Source: Synechococcales cyanobacterium CRU_2_2
GTDB taxonomy: Bacteria; Cyanobacteriota; Cyanobacteriia; PCC-9006; JAAUQQ01
DNA length: 64,000 nucleotides
Direction: 5' to 3'
NCBI GenBank assembly: GCA_012034805.1
Contig: JAAUOP010000008.1
Span: 982 to 64,981, forward strand
Shown here one piece after another: positions 20,322-30,375 of the stretch. The notes under the pieces are model-generated. The model worked only from the letters and a program-made list of their open reading frames with translations, was not told the DNA's origin and made no database searches. Within the stretch, counting starts at the first letter, position 1; the number at the start of each line of letters is the position of its first letter. The translations under genes and the position numbers were made by a program.

Positions 20322-22401
20322 TACTGTCTTCCTTCACCTTTCGTTGTAAGAACGCAATGCCTTCGGCCATGCGTTTTTCCCAGGGGTCGGCTGCGGTGAT
20401 TGAAGGCAGCCGACCTTTCTCATTTTTGAATCGTATGGCTCTTTTGGCGAGTTCTCGGGCTTCTTCCAGGGTGAGGGTTATTCGCTTGGCTGCAATCACG
20501 GCTGCGACCTGCTTGAGCCGTTCTTCGCTCATGGACTTAGAGAGGATGGCATAGGCTTCGCCAAAGGGATTGATGTGATCGATCAGGTCAATATCGAGTT
20601 CTGTGACCGAGAGGGCGAACTGTCGCACCCCGTCGATCAGGGCGGTGTTTGGAGCGGCTTCCTCTCCCGCATCTCTGGTCTGATAGCTTCCCCCTAGTTC
20701 AGCTGCTTTCTTTGCCTGTTGGACGACGTTGAGGGCGGCGATCGCATGTTGCCTCACGGCTTCTTTATCGTCCTGCTCTAAATCCGGGAATTTCTCTTTG
20801 ACGATTTTGCCCATTCGGACTTGGGTCAGTTCCTCGGGGACTAATTCTTCATCGAATAGACCGCGTTCGATCGTCGGTTTGTCCTGCACAAAAGCGGTCA
20901 CGAGGTCGGTCAGGTCTTCGCGGCAAATCCGGGCGGCTTCAGGGGTTTTCGGTTCGGGTAGTCCTTTGATTTCCAGTTGTATTTGCCCTGTCTCGGGATT
21001 GACGCCGACGTTACATTGACCGGGTTGATAGCCGCCTTCACCGTAGTCAAAACCTGGTGTGGGTTGATTATCGGCGCGTTTGGGCTTGAACTCGAAGCGC
21101 GGGGCGAGGACTTGCTCCATTAAGAGGCTGGCCGCGATCGCCTTCAGCGTATCATTCACCGCTTCGGTCACGGCGGCTTCACTGGCATCGGGTTCGGCGA
21201 TGAGGTTGGTGAAGCGGGCGCGGGTTTTGCCAGGTGCATCACGGGTGGCGCGGCCAATAATTTGGATGATCTCAGTCAGACTGGAACGGTAGCCAATGGT
21301 GAGGGCATGTTCGCACCAGATCCAGTCAAAGCCTTCCTTGGCCATGCCGAGGGCAATGATAATGTCAACGTGATCGCGGTTGTACTTCTGGCTGGGGTCT
21401 TTGAGGGCATTGGCCACTTTATCGCGCTTGCTCGGATCGTCATCTACCAGGTCGGCAATTTTGAGGACTCGGCCATCGGTGGTTTGGACTCGTTGAAACC
21501 CTGTCTCTGGATCAATGCCTTGCCATTCGCCCAGTTCGTCGATGATATGTTCGACTTCGCGGATTTTGTCCTTAGTGCTTTCGCGGGAGTTGACGTTGGG
21601 GATGTGCAGGATGGTTTTCTCGTTGGGGTTGAGCACCTGCATGATTTCATCGGTGTAGCTGCCGGAGTAGAAGTAGTAGCCGAGGTCGAGTTGCTTCAGG
21701 TACTGATAGCCGTTGAGTTGTTCGTAGTAGGTGTAGGTGACGGTATCAAAGCGGGATTCGTCGTCGGGATGGAGGACGGCTTCGGCATCGCCGCGAAAGT
21801 AGGAGCCGGTCATGGCGACGATGTGGGTTTTGTCACGGGTCATCAGTTGGCGGATGTGGTCGCCCAGCTTGTTATCGGGGTTGGCGGACACATGGTGGAA
21901 TTCGTCGATCGCGAGCAAGCGATCGTCAAAAACGTCAATGCCAAACTGATCTACAGCAAAGCGGAAGGTGGCATGGGTGCAGACTAAGACTTTGGCATTA
22001 CTGTCTAGGAAGGTTTTGACAGCATTGACTTTGCCGCTATTTTCACTGCCACCGTCGCCGCCGGGGGCATCGCAGAGATTCCATTTGGGTTCGACGTGCC
22101 AGTCGGTCCAGAAGCCATATTGGCTCAGGGGTTCGTTATGGAAGCTGGAGCCGATCGATTTTTCGGGGACGACGATAATGGCTTGTTTGAGTCCCTGATT
22201 CTCTAGCTTATCGAGGGCGATGAACATCAGGGCGCGACTTTTGCCGGAGGCGGGGGGCGATTTGATCAGCAGGTATTGTTCGCCGCGCTTTTGGTAGGCA
22301 AGCTCTTGCATGGGGCGCATCCCCAGGGCGTTGGGCTGTGTGGAGGTGCCTGCTTGGGCATAGGTGACGGAGACGGCGGGGATGGCGGTTGGAGGACGCA
22401 T
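20314..22401 (-). CDS. YeeB-like superfamily II helicase
   Basis: SPPASGKS, DEFHH, MTGS, GMAKEGFD, QIIGRATRD. Confidence 0.9.
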   Translation of the reverse strand: MRPPTAIPAVSVTYAQAGTSTQPNALGMRPMQELAYQKRGEQYLLIKSPPASGKSRALMFIALDKLENQGLKQAIIVVPEKSIGSSFHNEPLSQYGFWTDWHVEPKWNLCDAPGGDGGSENSGKVNAVKTFLDSNAKVLVCTHATFRFAVDQFGIDVFDDRLLAIDEFHHVSANPDNKLGDHIRQLMTRDKTHIVAMTGSYFRGDAEAVLHPDDESRFDTVTYTYYEQLNGYQYLKQLDLGYYFYSGSYTDEIMQVLNPNEKTILHIPNVNSRESTKDKIREVEHIIDELGEWQGIDPETGFQRVQTTDGRVLKIADLVDDDPSKRDKVANALKDPSQKYNRDHVDIIIALGMAKEGFDWIWCEHALTIGYRSSLTEIIQIIGRATRDAPGKTRARFTNLIAEPDASEAAVTEAVNDTLKAIAASLLMEQVLAPRFEFKPKRADNQPTPGFDYGEGGYQPGQCNVGVNPETGQIQLEIKGLPEPKTPEAARICREDLTDLVTAFVQDKPTIERGLFDEELVPEELTQVRMGKIVKEKFPDLEQDDKEAVRQHAIAALNVVQQAKKAAELGGSYQTRDAGEEAAPNTALIDGVRQFALSVTELDIDLIDHINPFGEAYAILSKSMSEERLKQVAAVIAAKRITLTLEEARELAKRAIRFKNEKGRLPSITAADPWEKRMAEGIAFLQRKVKEDSNA

Positions 22402-22472
22402 AGATTGAAAGCTATTTGGCTGAATACGTATGTAATGGCGATCTAGATCGATTTATAGTGGATGTCGCGAGG

Positions 22473-22811
22473 CTATCCTTCAGGGGGGACTACTTTTTTT
22501 AATTCTAAAATCAAGGTGGGTAAGCTGTTGACTGCGGTATCCCACACCACGTCTAGATCAATCTCATCATATTCATGGACAAGCCGATTTCTCATCCCGC
22601 TAATTGCAATCCAGGGAATAGCCGTTAGGGTTTGTCGAGTTATTTTAGAGACTCGTTTTGAAGCTTCGCCGATGACTAAAAGCCGATGGATTACAGCGTC
22701 TTGAAGTTGCAGGTTCGTCGCTAATTCGTTTTGCGATCGCCCCTGAAGATAATCAGCCACGATTTGGGCAGATTGCAACATATCAAGCAGAGATTGAAGA
22801 TCGCGTTCCAT
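22473..22811 (-). CDS. HEPN (DUF86/HepT-like) RNase toxin
   Basis: IGEA and MRNRLVHEY (R-x4-H-x-Y) motifs. Confidence 0.9.
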   Translation of the reverse strand: MERDLQSLLDMLQSAQIVADYLQGRSQNELATNLQLQDAVIHRLLVIGEASKRVSKITRQTLTAIPWIAISGMRNRLVHEYDEIDLDVVWDTAVNSLPTLILELKKVVPPEG

Positions 22812-23112
22812 AAATCACCTGAGTAGAGGAGAGAATTGCTTCTCGCCGCAAGTAGTTACGGCTCGTTTCAATGCCTTTGCGCGTCACTAAGTCGACATCT
22901 CGCTGAAACAGTATTTTTAATTCGTCTTCCATGTAGGTTAAATCAAAAAAGGTGGGGTGAGCATCTGGGTGAAATTGCACCATGACATCAATGTCGCTGT
23001 CGGGACGGAAGTCGTCGCGCAGAACTGATCCAAAGAGAGCGAGTTCTGTGATCTGCCATTTTTGACAAAATTCAGCAATTTGATTCATGGGAAGCTCGAT
23101 CGCAGTTTTCAT
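22783..23112 (-). CDS. MNT (MntA-like) nucleotidyltransferase antitoxin
   Basis: FGSVLRDDFRPDSDIDV (GS-x10-DxD); directly upstream of HEPN. Confidence 0.9.
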   Translation of the reverse strand: MKTAIELPMNQIAEFCQKWQITELALFGSVLRDDFRPDSDIDVMVQFHPDAHPTFFDLTYMEDELKILFQRDVDLVTRKGIETSRNYLRREAILSSTQVIYGTRSSISA

Positions 23113-23332
23113 GGTTTACCTCTTTTAGGTTTACGTTGGGCGGGCTGCTTGGGCGGGGAACTGGTCATTTTTGCGTATAGCTCAAAGAGTTTTTCGAGGC
23201 GTTCGGTGTCGCCCTTGACACACTTGAGGTGAAGCGGCGATCGATGTAGATGCGATCGAGGATTTCGTCGTTGCGATCGCGTAGCGTTGCCTTTGAGCAA
23301 ATCGTGAGCTTCTCGCACTAACGGAAATTCTC
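23109..23332 (-). pseudogene. Decayed 3' end of a second YeeA/MmeI-like methyltransferase allele
   Basis: EFPLVREAHD...DTERLEKLFELYAKMTS parallels the end of the gene at 25213-25400; two small insertions; TGA overlaps the MNT ATG. Confidence 0.85.
23273..23304. mobile_element. SDR5-like very small element inserted at a HIP1-like site
   Basis: 25 extra nt (CGTAGCGTTGCCTTTGAGCAAATCG) relative to the intact paralog, with ATCG duplicated and a TTGC...GCAA stem. Confidence 0.6.
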
Positions 23333-23394
23333 GGTGTCTCCAAGTACGGCAAAGCTAGCAACTGATGTAGATGTACTGTGATGAGTTAGATAGT

Positions 23395-23507
23395 GCGCGT
23401 TTTCTGAGAGGCGTCAAACGATCTAGCCATCGGCTTTTAACCGATTTCCCGCGCGTTTAAACGCGCGCGCGCGTTTCTTGAAACAAGTCGCGCGTTTAAA
23501 CGCGCGA
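23395..23507. repeat. Palindrome cluster: CGCGCGTTTAAACGCGCG x2 plus two extra GCGCGTTT half-sites
   Basis: Perfect 18-bp palindromes at 23450-23467 and 23489-23506; half-sites at 23395 and 23469. Confidence 0.9.
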
Positions 23508-25155
23508 TTATAGGATCGTATAATAAGTTCCCTTAGATTGTCCATGGGAAATAAGCTGTTCCGCTGCAAGCATATGTTGTAATAAACGTCCGGCCTGATC
23601 TCGGCTGAGTCGGCATAAATCCATAACGTCCTTGCGCTTGATTCGACCATGTTTCTGAATGTACTGGACGACCATTTGTTCTTGCTGTATTCGATCGAAG
23701 CCAACTTGGCGAATATAGTCAGCACTTTGTCCTAACTGGCGATAGATACTGGCACTGAGGGTGTAGGTGCGGCCTTTTTTTGATCCCTTGTGGTTCGACT
23801 AATCCCGTTTCGACTAATCGTTCCAAAATAGAACGAGCCACAGATTCATTTTTCTGGATGACCTGAGCCACTGTCGCAATATCAATGCGACGTTCGGTAC
23901 GTAGGTGTGACAGTGCAATCAGCGCATCTAGGGAAATCGAGCGGCCAGTTCGGTTTTCTTCTTCGACAATCATTTTGAAGAAGGGGATGTCGGCTTGGGT
24001 GGAACTGATGATCACTTGAACAGTCGTGGCGTTGCTGCTGGAGTAGTCGGGGCCAGGGCGACCATAGCGGAGTACACCTTGAAAAATGAGGTCTACTCCG
24101 CGTCCGGTACGTTCGGCGATACCAATTCGCTTGACCGCATCGGCTAGGGTGGGATTTCGTGGTTTTGGTTCGACGACGAGGAGGTTTTCGAGGGTGACGC
24201 CTTCTACAAAACCGCCGGGATTACTGACAGAAAGGGTGTCGTTTTGCAGGCGCACAAATACAGTGCCTAACTGGGCATAGTCGCGGTGAACCAACGCATT
24301 AACAAGAGCTTCCCGAAAGGCGCGCTGATCGTAAGTAGGAATAGGCACTCGAAAAAGGCCCCACTGTAGTTCTTCTTCTTCGACCCGGACCTCAAACTGC
24401 TCCATCAGACGTTCAAAGGTACGGAGTAAGGGGGTGTGATAGAAGTCGTTGGTACGAACTTGGGTATTGTCGAGGACTTGGAAAGCAACTTCATGAGTGG
24501 GAATGTGGGTACGGATGGCGCTTTCTTTACCGATCATCAGTAATCCGGTTAAGGTCGGGGTTTTGATACCGTTGATCGTGCTGACAAGTCCGAGTGCGCC
24601 ATCGAGTTCATCATCTTCTAGGTTTAAGAGTGAGGGATCACCCTTGTATGACTCGATCATGCGTCGTAGGCGTTCGCGCTCGATCGGGTCAAGGTCAGTC
24701 GAGGTGGCTGCGGAGATGGGGATGGCGGAGTAGTCGAGGAGGCCAAGGTCGGATTGGCGGCTGGGAAATTCGTGGGGGTAGAAGGGAACGCACTGGGGCG
24801 TGCCATCGGCTTGGAGACGGCGGCGCTGAAGGAGTCCGTCGGAAGTGGCGACTAGGCGAGAGGATTTGGGGACTTCGATCGTGGCGATGTTGTGCCCTTG
24901 TTCGTGGATAACGGTGGCGCGGAAACTTATGGGAGGGTTAGTACGGTTGGCGATGAAGGCGGAAAGCTGAGCGGTGCTTTGGTGTTTGGGATGGAGTCCT
25001 GTGATCGTGCCATCATCTTCGACGCCAAGGTAAAGGGTGCCGCCGTCTGTGTTGGTCAGACAAACTATGGCCGCAACGAGGTCAGCATCGGGGAGGCAAT
25101 CGCGATCGCTTTTAAATTCTACGGTGAGCGATTCTTGTTGAGGGATGGTTCGCAT
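23508..25155 (-). CDS. AlbA_2/Schlafen + HATPase_c_4 + winged-helix protein; +1 frameshift at the A7 run 23775-23781
   Basis: ESLTVEFKSD...NTDGGTLYLGVEDDG, REALVNALVHRDY, PRNP, ERTGRG; the shifted frame continues KKGRTYTLS...HGRIKRKDVMDLC...GTYYTIL to TAA at 23508. Confidence 0.85.
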
Positions 25156-25212
25156 GGTGAGGTGGTTGGGACTGGAGGTGAGATTGATTTTTGGATATTG
25201 GTAGCAGCTTCG

Positions 25213-28016
25213 CTATGGCTTCGATCCTTTTGTTTTGCCTTTGGCAGATTTCTTGGGTGGGGCGGCTTGGCTGGTCATCTTGGTGTAGAGGTCGAAGAGT
25301 TTTTCGAGGCGATCGGTGTCGTTTTTGAAGCGGCGGCCAATGTAGATGCGCTCTAGAATTTCGTCGTTGCGATCGTGGGCTTCCCTGACTAGCGGAAACT
25401 CGCTGTCCATGCGATCGGGGGCGTACATATCGGCGATCGTGGCGGGGAAATAATGCTCTCTTGCTAACAAAATATCTTCGGCACAGCCGGTGAGGTCGGC
25501 TTTGTTGCGATCGGTGAGGGTGGGGACGGGGAAGGTGTTCCAGCCGAGGGTGTTGGAGTAGCGAAAGTCGGTTTTGAGCTTGCCGCAGACGGTGGCGATC
25601 CAGACGAGGTGGAGGCGGGAGGCGATCAGGGCCATGTTCCAGAGCGGGGCATCGTAGAGGGCAAAGGCGAGGTTAGTTACTGTGGATTGGGCATCAAGTA
25701 ACCCGACTGGAAGATAATTTCGACTTTCAGATGAAACGCAGGGCATGGAGATAGTTTGCACCCTGCCAATATTCATTTCGCGCATTTGGTGGGAACGTGT
25801 CGCCATATCATTCGCGCTTTTATCACGACTGGCTAGCCGCATTTTCCGTACCCCTTCAATTCGCTGTCGGATTGGGTCGATGGCTAATGTTTCATCCAAA
25901 TCTTCATCATCAATCCACAGGCAATAGCGAGATAGTCCTCGAATAAATTCGGCTGAACCATAAATCCGTCGAATGAACCTGTCACGCTGCTCTTTAGTAA
26001 GTTCAAGAGCATTTACCTCATCAGTAGACAGAAGTAAGTTTCCACCGTCAACAGGTTTGTTACCAAAGCTCATTTCAACAAGAGCACCTAACGGTTTCGT
26101 CGCTTTTTCAACAATGACATTAGACCCAGTAACTAAATAGGCATTAATATTTTCAGCTTCCTTTGCAACTGTCTCACCATTATCATCAATCGAAAATAAC
26201 TGTCGAACTTTACCAGCTTGATTAGAAATTCCAACGATCGCCACCGTCACCCCAGCGTTATGACTCGCTAGATTCGCCCATTTGAAGCTGGTGTGTGCAA
26301 AGGCGATTTCATGCCCACTGTCAAAAATCAACGGCCAAAGAATTGGCACCTGTTGCCCCTGGCAAATCGAATTCGTCGAGACAAACGCCGCCGCTGATGT
26401 CGTTTGCGTTCCATAATCCGCCGCCTTCATAAACCAACCCGCCACATAATCCAGCGACTTCCAGGTTTTCGTTCGGCTGCCAAAGATCAGCTTGAGATCA
26501 TCCTTTTGCTCTGTCGATTGCCAAGTCGATCCCAAATACGGCGGATTCCCGCAAATATAAGTCTCTCCTCCCTCATTCACAAAATCAATCTCCGTCTGAT
26601 CCAGCGGCGTACTAAACAAATCCTCCGCCACCAGCTTTACGCCCGTTCCCGTCGGTGGACACAAACTCAACCAATCCAACCGCAGCGCATTCCCACAGGT
26701 AATCCAGTTATCCCGCTCCAACGGCAAAAACAACAGCCGCGCCTCCTGCTGCCCCAGATACCGCACATCACACTGAAACTTCGCAATCACCAACGCCAAC
26801 CGCGCAATCTCCGCCGAAAAATGCCGCAATTCAATCCCCCGAAAATTCGTCAGCGGCACCACCGTGCGCAAATTGCTCTCCCCCCGCCGCCGATTAATCT
26901 CCGCCTCGATCGCCCGCAGCTCTCGATAAGCAATCACCAAAAATTCCCCGACCCACAAGCCGGATCGAACACCCGAATCCGCGCCAACCGATTTCGCAAA
27001 TTCAACAGCTTCCGCGCATTGTCTCCCGCCGCCTCTAACTGACCGCGCAACTCATCCAAAAACAGCGGATTCAACACCTTGAGGATATTAGGCACACTCG
27101 TATAGTGCATCCCCAGCGCTCCCCGCTCCTCCTCATCCGCCACCGCCTGAATCATCGAGCCGAAAATATCGGGGTTAATCTGCTTCCAATCGAGATTGCC
27201 GACGTGGAGCAGGTACGATCGGGCAATCTTACTAAAACGCGGCACCGCCACACTGCCATCCGCACTCGCCGAAAACAACCCCCCATTCACATAGGGAAAC
27301 CCATCCGCCCAATTCTTCACCCCCACCCGTTCCTCAGGCCGCGTACACATCGATCGAAACAACTCCGCCAACACCTCATGGGTGTTCGAGCCATCGCTCA
27401 TCTGCTGCACCGTCGCCGTAAACAACCCCTCCCCCTGAAAAATATTTGTATCCTCCGCAAAAAAGCAGAAAATCAACCGCGCCATAAAATGATTCAGATC
27501 CTCCCGCCGATCGGCCCCATCCCAACCCGGATTATCCTTCAATAGCTCCACATACAGCCGATTCAACCGCCCCGTCGCCTTAATATCAAACGCATTCTCC
27601 CGAATCTGCTTAACCGTCGTAATCCCCGCCAGCGCCAAGAAAAACCCAAAATGGTCATGGAAATCCGGGTACTTGCAGGCGATCGCCTCCCCATCCACCA
27701 AATTCTCCGCCTCCAACCACTCCCCATCCGTCGCCAGAATAAACTTCGCCTTCTGTTTCGTCGTCGCCCCACTCTCGCGCAACGCCGTCAGCGTGGCAGT
27801 CACCTCCCCTTCCGCGCAAACCTTCAAATGGATATTGTTACGCTGGAGCAAACCACCCAGGTCAGACTTATTAGAGCTGTTGCGCTGGCTCTTGAGCTTC
27901 TTGATCGTCGTCAGTTTATTGCCAAAAGCTTCGAGGAAGTCAAAGGGAAAAGCCTCCGAGTCAAAGGGCGCGCCCGCGAGCCGAGAGACGGCTTCTTCGA
28001 TTTCGACTGCATTCAT
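25213..28016 (-). CDS. YeeA/DnmA (MmeI-like) N6-adenine DNA methyltransferase; frameshift near 26940
   Basis: GMHYTS, motif I DPACGSGNF, motif IV GNPPY, STNSICQGQQV, C-terminal target recognition region. Confidence 0.9.
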
Positions 28017-28265
28017 TTCTGCACCATCAGTAGCTTAGAGGCTTGACTATTGCTTCTTGGGGCAATTTGCAAATCTTACCCTGATTTTTCGATTGTGGAG
28101 GTTGCGATGGTCTCCGACCGGGCTTTGCCCATCGCAGCGCTTTGGGATATGGGTGGCACAATAGAGAGCAGCGGCCTACCCACAAGATGGGCTTGCCCTG
28201 CGTCATCCTTGTCCCGAATGTTTGCCCCGAATGTTTGCCCCGGATGTTCGTCCCGGATTTTGCCC

Positions 28266-29890
28266 ATGCTCCGTCTGTCTGAAGTGAAATTGCCGCTGAA
28301 CCACCCAGAGGAGGCGATCGCCACCGCCATCTACAGAAAACTACGCATTGAGCCCAAAGACCTAACCCGGTACAGCATCTTTAAGCGCAGCTACGACGCC
28401 CGCAAACGCGAGAATATCCAGCTGGTCTACATTCTAGATGTAGAGACATCTCAGGAAAAACAGCTCCTCCAACGCTTCAAGAAAAACCCTCAGATTCGGC
28501 CCACCCCCGACACCACCTATCGACTCGTGACGCGGGCACCAGCGGGACTGTCGGAGCGACCGATCGTGATTGGCAATGGCCCCTGCGGCATGTTTGCAGG
28601 ATTGTTGTTGGCACAAATGGGATTTCGCCCCATTATTTTGGAGCGAGGCAAGGCGGTGCATGAGCGATCGGTCGATACCTTTGGCTTTTGGAGCAAGGGC
28701 AAATTTAACCCCGAGTCTAACGCCCAGTTTGGCGAAGGCGGCGCTGGAACGTTTTCCGATGGCAAGCTCTATAGCCGCATCAAAGACAACGACCATCGCG
28801 GCCGCAAGGCGCTGCAAGAGTTGGTCAATGCCGGGGCCGCTGACGAAATTCTCTACATCAATAAGCCACATATTGGCACCTATCGACTGGTCAAAATTGT
28901 TGAGCAAATTCGCAATACGATCCAGTCTCTCGGGGGTGAAATCCGCTTTCAGAGCCGAGTGGAAGACCTTGACATCCAAGACGGGCAAGTGGAAGGGATC
29001 AGGCTCGTCGATGGAGAATACCTGGCCAGCCGCCATGTGATTTTGGCGGTGGGCCACAGCGCTCGGGATACGTTTGAAATGCTTCACCAACGCGGCGTTT
29101 ATCTGGAACCCAAGCCCTTTTCGATTGGTTTTCGCGTTGAGCATCCCCAGGCGACCATTGACCAATGCCGTTTTGGCGAAAATGCGGGGCATCCGGTGCT
29201 CGGCGCAGCGGACTACAAGTTGGTGTACCATTGCACAGGTGCACAGACCCAGGGGCGATCGGTCTACAGTTTTGTATGTGTCCAGGGGGACAGGTGGTTG
29301 CTGCTGCATCTGAAGCCGGACGTGTCGTCACCAACGGCATGAGCCAGTACGAGCGTAGCGGCAAAAATGCCAACAGCGGCATCGTCGTCGATATTTCGCC
29401 CGAGGACTATCCGCCAGGGCCTCTCGGTGGCATTGAGTTGCAACGCCAATGGGAGTCGAAAGCCTTTGAGCTGGGGGGCGGTACCTACGAGGCTCCGGGA
29501 CAACTGGTCGGTGATTTTCTGGCGGGGCGACCTTCGACGGCGTTCGGTGGTGTGAAACCGACCTATCGCCCTGGGATCAAGTTGGGTGATTTGTCGGATT
29601 GCTTGCCGGATTATGCGATCGCCGCCATCCGCGAAGCCATTCCCGAGTTCGAACAGCAACTCCCCGGCTTTGCCAGGGCTGATGCGATTCTCACTGGCGT
29701 CGAAACCCGCACCTCGTCGCCGATTCGCATCAAGCGCGGTGCAGACTCCCAAAGCTTAAACACGAAAGGATTGTACCCAGCGGGCGAGGGGGCGGGCTAT
29801 GCCGGTGGCATTCTGTCAGCGGCGGTGGATGGCATTCGAGTGGCGGAGGCACTGGCACTGAGCTTGGTGGGCCGGGCTGAGGGGGGCTGA
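28266..29890 (+). CDS. FAD-dependent dehydrogenase (COG2509-like); frameshift near 29270
   Basis: GNGPCG, QFGEGGAGTFSDGKL, FCMCPGG, GVETRTSSP, GEGAGYAGGI. Confidence 0.9.
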
Positions 29891-29920
29891 GGGCCGGAGT
29901 GGGAGGAGGAGCGATCGCCA

Positions 29921-30169
29921 TCAACAGTAAAAGTGACTTCGATTCAAAACCGCCTCGCCATGGTTGGGTACCCAAGCGATCCATGTATCTGGGGACTCCT
30001 GGCAAAGCAGTTGAGCTTCGTCACAGGCAGATTCGCTGGGTAGATGAAGCAACTTCACCCAGGCATCCCGATTGTAGGTGATTCGACAGGTGGGATTCCA
30101 GCCTGTGGCGATCGCCTCCTCTAGGGGCGAGCTGGGCGAAGCAACCGGATAGACGGCTTGCAGGGACAT
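29921..30169 (-). CDS. Conserved cyanobacterial small hypothetical protein
   Basis: WVKLL.LPS...DEA.LLCQES...W.AWVP.HGE pattern; GGAGGAG upstream of ATG 30169. Confidence 0.7.
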   Translation of the reverse strand: MSLQAVYPVASPSSPLEEAIATGWNPTCRITYNRDAWVKLLHLPSESACDEAQLLCQESPDTWIAWVPNHGEAVLNRSHFYC

Positions 30170-30251
30170 AACGACTCCTCCGCATAAATGGCACATTCAC
30201 GGGTATGCCGACGAATACGCACCCTTCAGCCGACATCCAGAGCCAAAGGAG

Positions 30252-30295
30252 CAGAAACATTTTGCAAGAAACATTTTGCAAGAAACATTTTGCAA
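30252..30295. repeat. 14-bp tandem repeat x3
   Basis: AGAAACATTTTGCA x3. Confidence 0.85.
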
Positions 30296-30375
30296 ATATT
30301 TTCTGTATTCATTCTGACAAAATGCTAAGCCAATCGTCCGATTTTTATCTTTAAGTTAACAAACGCTCACAAAGC

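Noticed and set aside
23423-23725. 100-aa ORF in the track
   Set aside because: Alternative frame of the AlbA gene's winged-helix tail running into the palindrome cluster
23109-25410. Duplicated methyltransferase tail as a DGR template/variable repeat pair
   Set aside because: No reverse transcriptase in the window; differences are not restricted to adenines and include insertions
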